A DNA stretch of 64,000 nt. Source: Candidatus Merdivicinus intestinavium. GTDB lineage: Bacteria; Bacillota; Clostridia; Oscillospirales; Ruminococcaceae. Below are positions 61,975 to 64,000 of this stretch, piece after piece; within the stretch, counting starts at the first letter, position 1; each line of letters begins with the position of its first letter. Under the pieces are notes generated by a model. It was given only the letters and a program-made list of their open reading frames with translations. It was not told the origin of the DNA and made no database searches. The DNA lies in assembly GCA_018713245.1 (NCBI GenBank), contig DVFM01000034.1:3835-67834 (forward strand), in the 5' to 3' direction. The position numbers and the translations under genes are program-made.

Positions 61975-64000
61975 ATGAAAAAAATGTTGGCTTTGCTGCT
62001 GGCATTGTCTGCAACCGCTTCGCTGACCCTTGCATCCTGCAACAGCGATTCCGGTGCGTCTTCTTCTGAAGACAGCAGCGCAGACGGCGCCAGCTCCGCT
62101 ACCGAAAGCAGCGAGGAGGACGAGCCCACTGCAATTCAGGGCGGAGAGCTCGTTATCGGTTCCGTTTCCGACGTGGCCGCGGATATGTTCCCCGGCTGGA
62201 CCGCTTCGGCAGAAAACCAGGCGATCTGGCGCCTGATTTACGGCTACAGCACCGTCGATCTGACTCAGGAGGCCACTTATGAATACGATCCTCAGGTCGT
62301 GGTCAACCACACTGAGACCGAAAACGAGGATGGCACCAAGACTTTCCAGATTGAGATCGCCGACGACCTGACCTGGACCGACGGCACCCCCATCACCGCG
62401 AAAGACTATGTGTTCGGCGCGATGCTCATCAGCTCCTATGAGTACGGCGAGATACAGGCGGACAACACCGCCGGTTCCGACTATGTGGGCTTTGAGGCGT
62501 GGAACTCCGGCGAAAGCGACACCTTTGCCGGCCTGAACCTCATCGATGAGCACACCTTCTCCGTCACCGTAAAAGCGGAGAGCCTGCCCTACCACTATGA
62601 GGTGACCTACGCTTCCTTCACTCCTTACCCCATGCATGTCATCGCCCCCGGCTGCGACATCACCGACGACGGCAGCGGCGCGACCATGTCCGCGGAGTTC
62701 ACCACCGATCTGCTGAACGAAACCATCAATAACACCGAGACCGGCGTGCGCTACAACCCCACCGTCACCTCCGGCCAGTACAAATTCGTGAGCTTCGACA
62801 ACTCCAACTATGAGGCGGTTCTGGAGCGCAATGAAAACTTCAAAGGCCAGTGGGCGGAAGCTTACAAGCCCAACATCGACCGCATCGTTATTAAGAAAGT
62901 AAACGCCGATACGGCAATGGACGAGCTGGAACAGGGCACCATCGACCTCTATGCCGGCGTTTCCGGCGGCACCGAAATCAACCGCGGCCTGGACCTCTAT
63001 GAGGAAGGCAAAGTCTCCTTCGCCAACTGGAGCCGCGCGGGCTACGGCAAGATCGCGTTCCACTGCGACGTAGGCCCCACCGCTTCCACCGCTGTCCGCC
63101 AGGCTGTTTCCTACATCCTGGACAAGAACGAGTTCATGAACCAGTACACCCAGGGCTACGGCACGCTGGTGTACGGCGCTTACGGAATCGCGCAGGCTGA
63201 GTACAAGGCCAACCGCGAGGCTGTTGAGACCGAGCTCAACCATTATGATTACAACATCGAGACCGCGAAGGAAATCCTGATTGCCGACGGCTGGACCCTG
63301 AACGCCAACGGCGGCGAATTCGTGGAAGGCACCGACGACATCCGTTACAAACAGATGGAAGACGGCACCCTCCAGCCTCTGGTCATCAAATGGGCCTGCA
63401 CCCCCGACAACCCCGTCGTGGACCTGCTGAACACCATGCTGGTTCCCAACGCGCCTCAGGTCGGCATGCGCATTGAGCCCACCGTGATGGACTTTAACCA
63501 GATGCTGACGGAGCTCCAGACCCCCGGTTCCGAGTACAACATGTTCAACCTGGCTGTCAGCTACTATCCCATCATTCAGCCCTGGTATACCTACTCCACG
63601 GACGACGCCTATATGGGCCTCATCAACAGCAACATCATCAAGGATGAGGAGCTTGCCACCGTCACCAACGACATGCGCTACATCCTGGATGAGGACGAGT
63701 GGAACGCCAAGTGGCTGGAATACCAGAAGCGCTTCAACGAGCTCTGCCTGGACATCCCGCTGTACTCCGACCTCTACCATGCTTTCTTCACTCCCACCCT
63801 GCAGAACTATCATCCCGACTCCATGCATCAGTGGGATCAGACCCTGCTGTACGCCTGGATCGACCCCGAAGCAACCGAGCCCACCTCCTATGAGGAAGCC
63901 GACGTGCAGGCCGCTGAGGAGGCTGCTGCCGCAGAAAGCTCTGAAGCAACTGAAAGCTCTGAAGCTGTTGAAAACTCTGAAGCTGCCGAAAGCTCTGAAG
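61975..64000 (+). CDS. ABC transporter substrate-binding lipoprotein, family 5 (peptide/oligosaccharide/nickel type), 3' end beyond the window
   Basis: Absent from the ORF track because there is no stop in the window. AAGGAGGA RBS. MKKMLALLLALSATASLTLASC lipobox. I translated the frame codon by codon and it stays open to 64000. SBP_bac_5-like blocks (GGELVIG..., WTDGTPITAKDYVF, NENFKG, IDLYAG). Acidic Ser/Glu tail at the window edge. Confidence 0.8.
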   Translation, partial: MKKMLALLLALSATASLTLASCNSDSGASSSEDSSADGASSATESSEEDEPTAIQGGELVIGSVSDVAADMFPGWTASAENQAIWRLIYGYSTVDLTQEATYEYDPQVVVNHTETENEDGTKTFQIEIADDLTWTDGTPITAKDYVFGAMLISSYEYGEIQADNTAGSDYVGFEAWNSGESDTFAGLNLIDEHTFSVTVKAESLPYHYEVTYASFTPYPMHVIAPGCDITDDGSGATMSAEFTTDLLNETINNTETGVRYNPTVTSGQYKFVSFDNSNYEAVLERNENFKGQWAEAYKPNIDRIVIKKVNADTAMDELEQGTIDLYAGVSGGTEINRGLDLYEEGKVSFANWSRAGYGKIAFHCDVGPTASTAVRQAVSYILDKNEFMNQYTQGYGTLVYGAYGIAQAEYKANREAVETELNHYDYNIETAKEILIADGWTLNANGGEFVEGTDDIRYKQMEDGTLQPLVIKWACTPDNPVVDLLNTMLVPNAPQVGMRIEPTVMDFNQMLTELQTPGSEYNMFNLAVSYYPIIQPWYTYSTDDAYMGLINSNIIKDEELATVTNDMRYILDEDEWNAKWLEYQKRFNELCLDIPLYSDLYHAFFTPTLQNYHPDSMHQWDQTLLYAWIDPEATEPTSYEEADVQAAEEAAAAESSEATESSEAVENSEAAESSE

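Noticed and set aside
1-64000. Mobile elements, prophage or defence islands
   Set aside because: No transposase, integrase, recombinase, restriction or toxin-antitoxin-like ORFs. No flanking inverted or direct repeats. No large compositional break. The only AT-rich stretches are short promoter regions and the ~500-bp gap at 61470-61974.

Overview
Visibly GC-rich chromosomal segment (strong GC3 codon bias, so long spurious antisense ORFs are common) from a spore-forming Clostridia-type Firmicute. I support about 58 protein-coding genes. I found no rRNA, tRNA, CRISPR array, transposase, integrase or phage genes, so this is core chromosome rather than an accessory island. Gene order: (1) sporulation genes (ylbJ-like fragment, yqfC-like, yqfD), YitT, HD hydrolase, hisS, galE; (2) an inactive/active M16 peptidase pair, lgt, folD, a zinc-ribbon/pseudokinase/PASTA membrane protein, an MBL hydrolase, a UgtP-like glycolipid synthase overlapping plsY, and a Cys-rich/HMA metal-binding protein; (3) a 100-bp tandem repeat and an uncharacterised two-repeat protein; (4) a phosphate locus pstSCAB-phoP-phoR with no phoU; (5) ydbS/ydbT-like PH-domain proteins; (6) a dcw cluster mraZ-rsmH-ftsL-PBP(spoVD-like)-murE-murF-mraY-ftsW-murG-murA-ftsQ-ftsZ with no murD or ftsA; (7) asnB, amidohydrolase, hpf, THUMP RNA methyltransferase, folC, membrane GDPD, DUF3788; (8) a GH36 alpha-galactosidase translationally coupled to an unknown 405-aa protein; (9) rhaB-rhaA-rhaD-fucO; (10) an unknown 343-aa protein with a CD3324-like small HTH protein; (11) MATE and AEC transporters and a family-5 ABC substrate-binding lipoprotein that runs off the window and is absent from the ORF track. 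The most interesting items are the catalytically degenerate kinase with a PASTA ectodomain, the GH36-coupled unknown protein, the 343-aa/HTH pair, and the 100-bp tandem repeat next to a direct-repeat promoter beside the pho locus. All family assignments come from reading motifs by eye. No database search was run.
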